Under the pieces are notes generated by a model that saw only the letters and a list, made by a program, of their open reading frames with translations, was not told the DNA's origin and did no database searches. Positions 63,618 through 64,000 of a stretch of 64,000 nucleotides of DNA are shown here, piece by piece (position 1 is the first letter of the stretch; every line of letters starts with the position of its first letter). The stretch is from an uncultured delta proteobacterium. Its GTDB lineage: Bacteria > Desulfobacterota > Desulfobacteria > Desulfobacterales > SpSt-501. The DNA is taken from positions 7,810-71,809 of the forward strand of contig CAVQUW010000006.1 of the NCBI GenBank assembly GCA_963716785.1. The letters run 5' to 3'. Position numbers and translations under genes: made by a program.

Positions 63618-64000
63618 CTATTTGATCTTGTTGACATATTCCGGTGAGAACGGGGTCCCCACCGACTTGAACACGCCGCCCTTCACCACGTAGAGCTGCA
63701 GGGTGTCCACGCCTTCCTTGTCCGCCTGGGAGTAGGTGACGGGGCCGACCGTGGTGTAGGGCTTGTAGGCGCCGTCGCCGTTCATCAGCAGCAGCTCTTC
63801 GTAAAGCGACTTGCGGTTGATTTCCTTGCCTTTCTTTTTGGCGCGCACCATGGCCTCGATGGCGATCTGGGCCACCATGACGCCGTTGGTGTAGTTGTGC
63901 GAGTTGGCGGTCTTGTCGTCACGGCCGTAGCGCTTCGCCAGCGCCAGCTGCTGCTTGGTCCATTCGCCCGGCTCCGTGGTCAGCTTGTAGGAGGTGGTCC
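63618..64000 (-). CDS. Liv-type ABC substrate-binding protein, C-terminal part (5' end outside the window)
   Basis: Open frame to the window edge (NYTNGVMVAQIAIEAM..GPVTYS), upstream of livF. Confidence 0.6.
   Translation of the reverse strand, partial: TTSYKLTTEPGEWTKQQLALAKRYGRDDKTANSHNYTNGVMVAQIAIEAMVRAKKKGKEINRKSLYEELLLMNGDGAYKPYTTVGPVTYSQADKEGVDTLQLYVVKGGVFKSVGTPFSPEYVNKIK

Overview
GC-rich bacterial chromosome segment. The gene content points to an anaerobic Desulfobacterota (deltaproteobacterial) aromatic and fatty-acid degrader; this taxonomy is an inference. About half of the long genes are split by single-base indels, which look like long-read consensus errors rather than pseudogenes. 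Four blocks are present. (1) 1-29 kb is a mostly minus-strand transport/stress island. It holds an Orn/Lys/Arg-family PLP decarboxylase, an AspT-family antiporter, GltS translationally coupled to an unusual TAXI lipoprotein (no DctQM permease nearby), Ysc84/SYLF and DUF2860-like envelope proteins, a CPA1 antiporter, a minimal K+ channel, an RND efflux pump and a group-III PFK. A FixL/FixJ-like two-component system sits beside it, and a TAGGAC-N4-GTCCTA-type palindrome recurs upstream of three units. (2) 29-36.6 kb holds two paralogous clade-X ATP-PFKs flanking two L,D-transpeptidases, plus fdhD. (3) 36.7-48.2 kb is a complete class II (tungsten) benzoyl-CoA reductase cluster, bamBCDEFGHI, with in-frame UGA (selenocysteine) codons in both bamE and bamF. 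It is led by a small DUF2080 gene under a near-consensus sigma70 promoter with 11-bp phased repeats. (4) 48.5-64 kb is a TetR-controlled short/branched-chain acyl-CoA catabolic region (HMG-CoA-lyase-like, enoyl-CoA hydratase, icmF, thiolase, hbd, acyl-CoA dehydrogenase, CoA ligase, Liv-type ABC). Best candidates for undescribed biology are the GltS-TAXI pair with the decarboxylase/AspT module and its palindrome regulon, and the DUF2080/phased-repeat leader of the bam operon. No rRNA, tRNA, CRISPR array or transposase was recognised.
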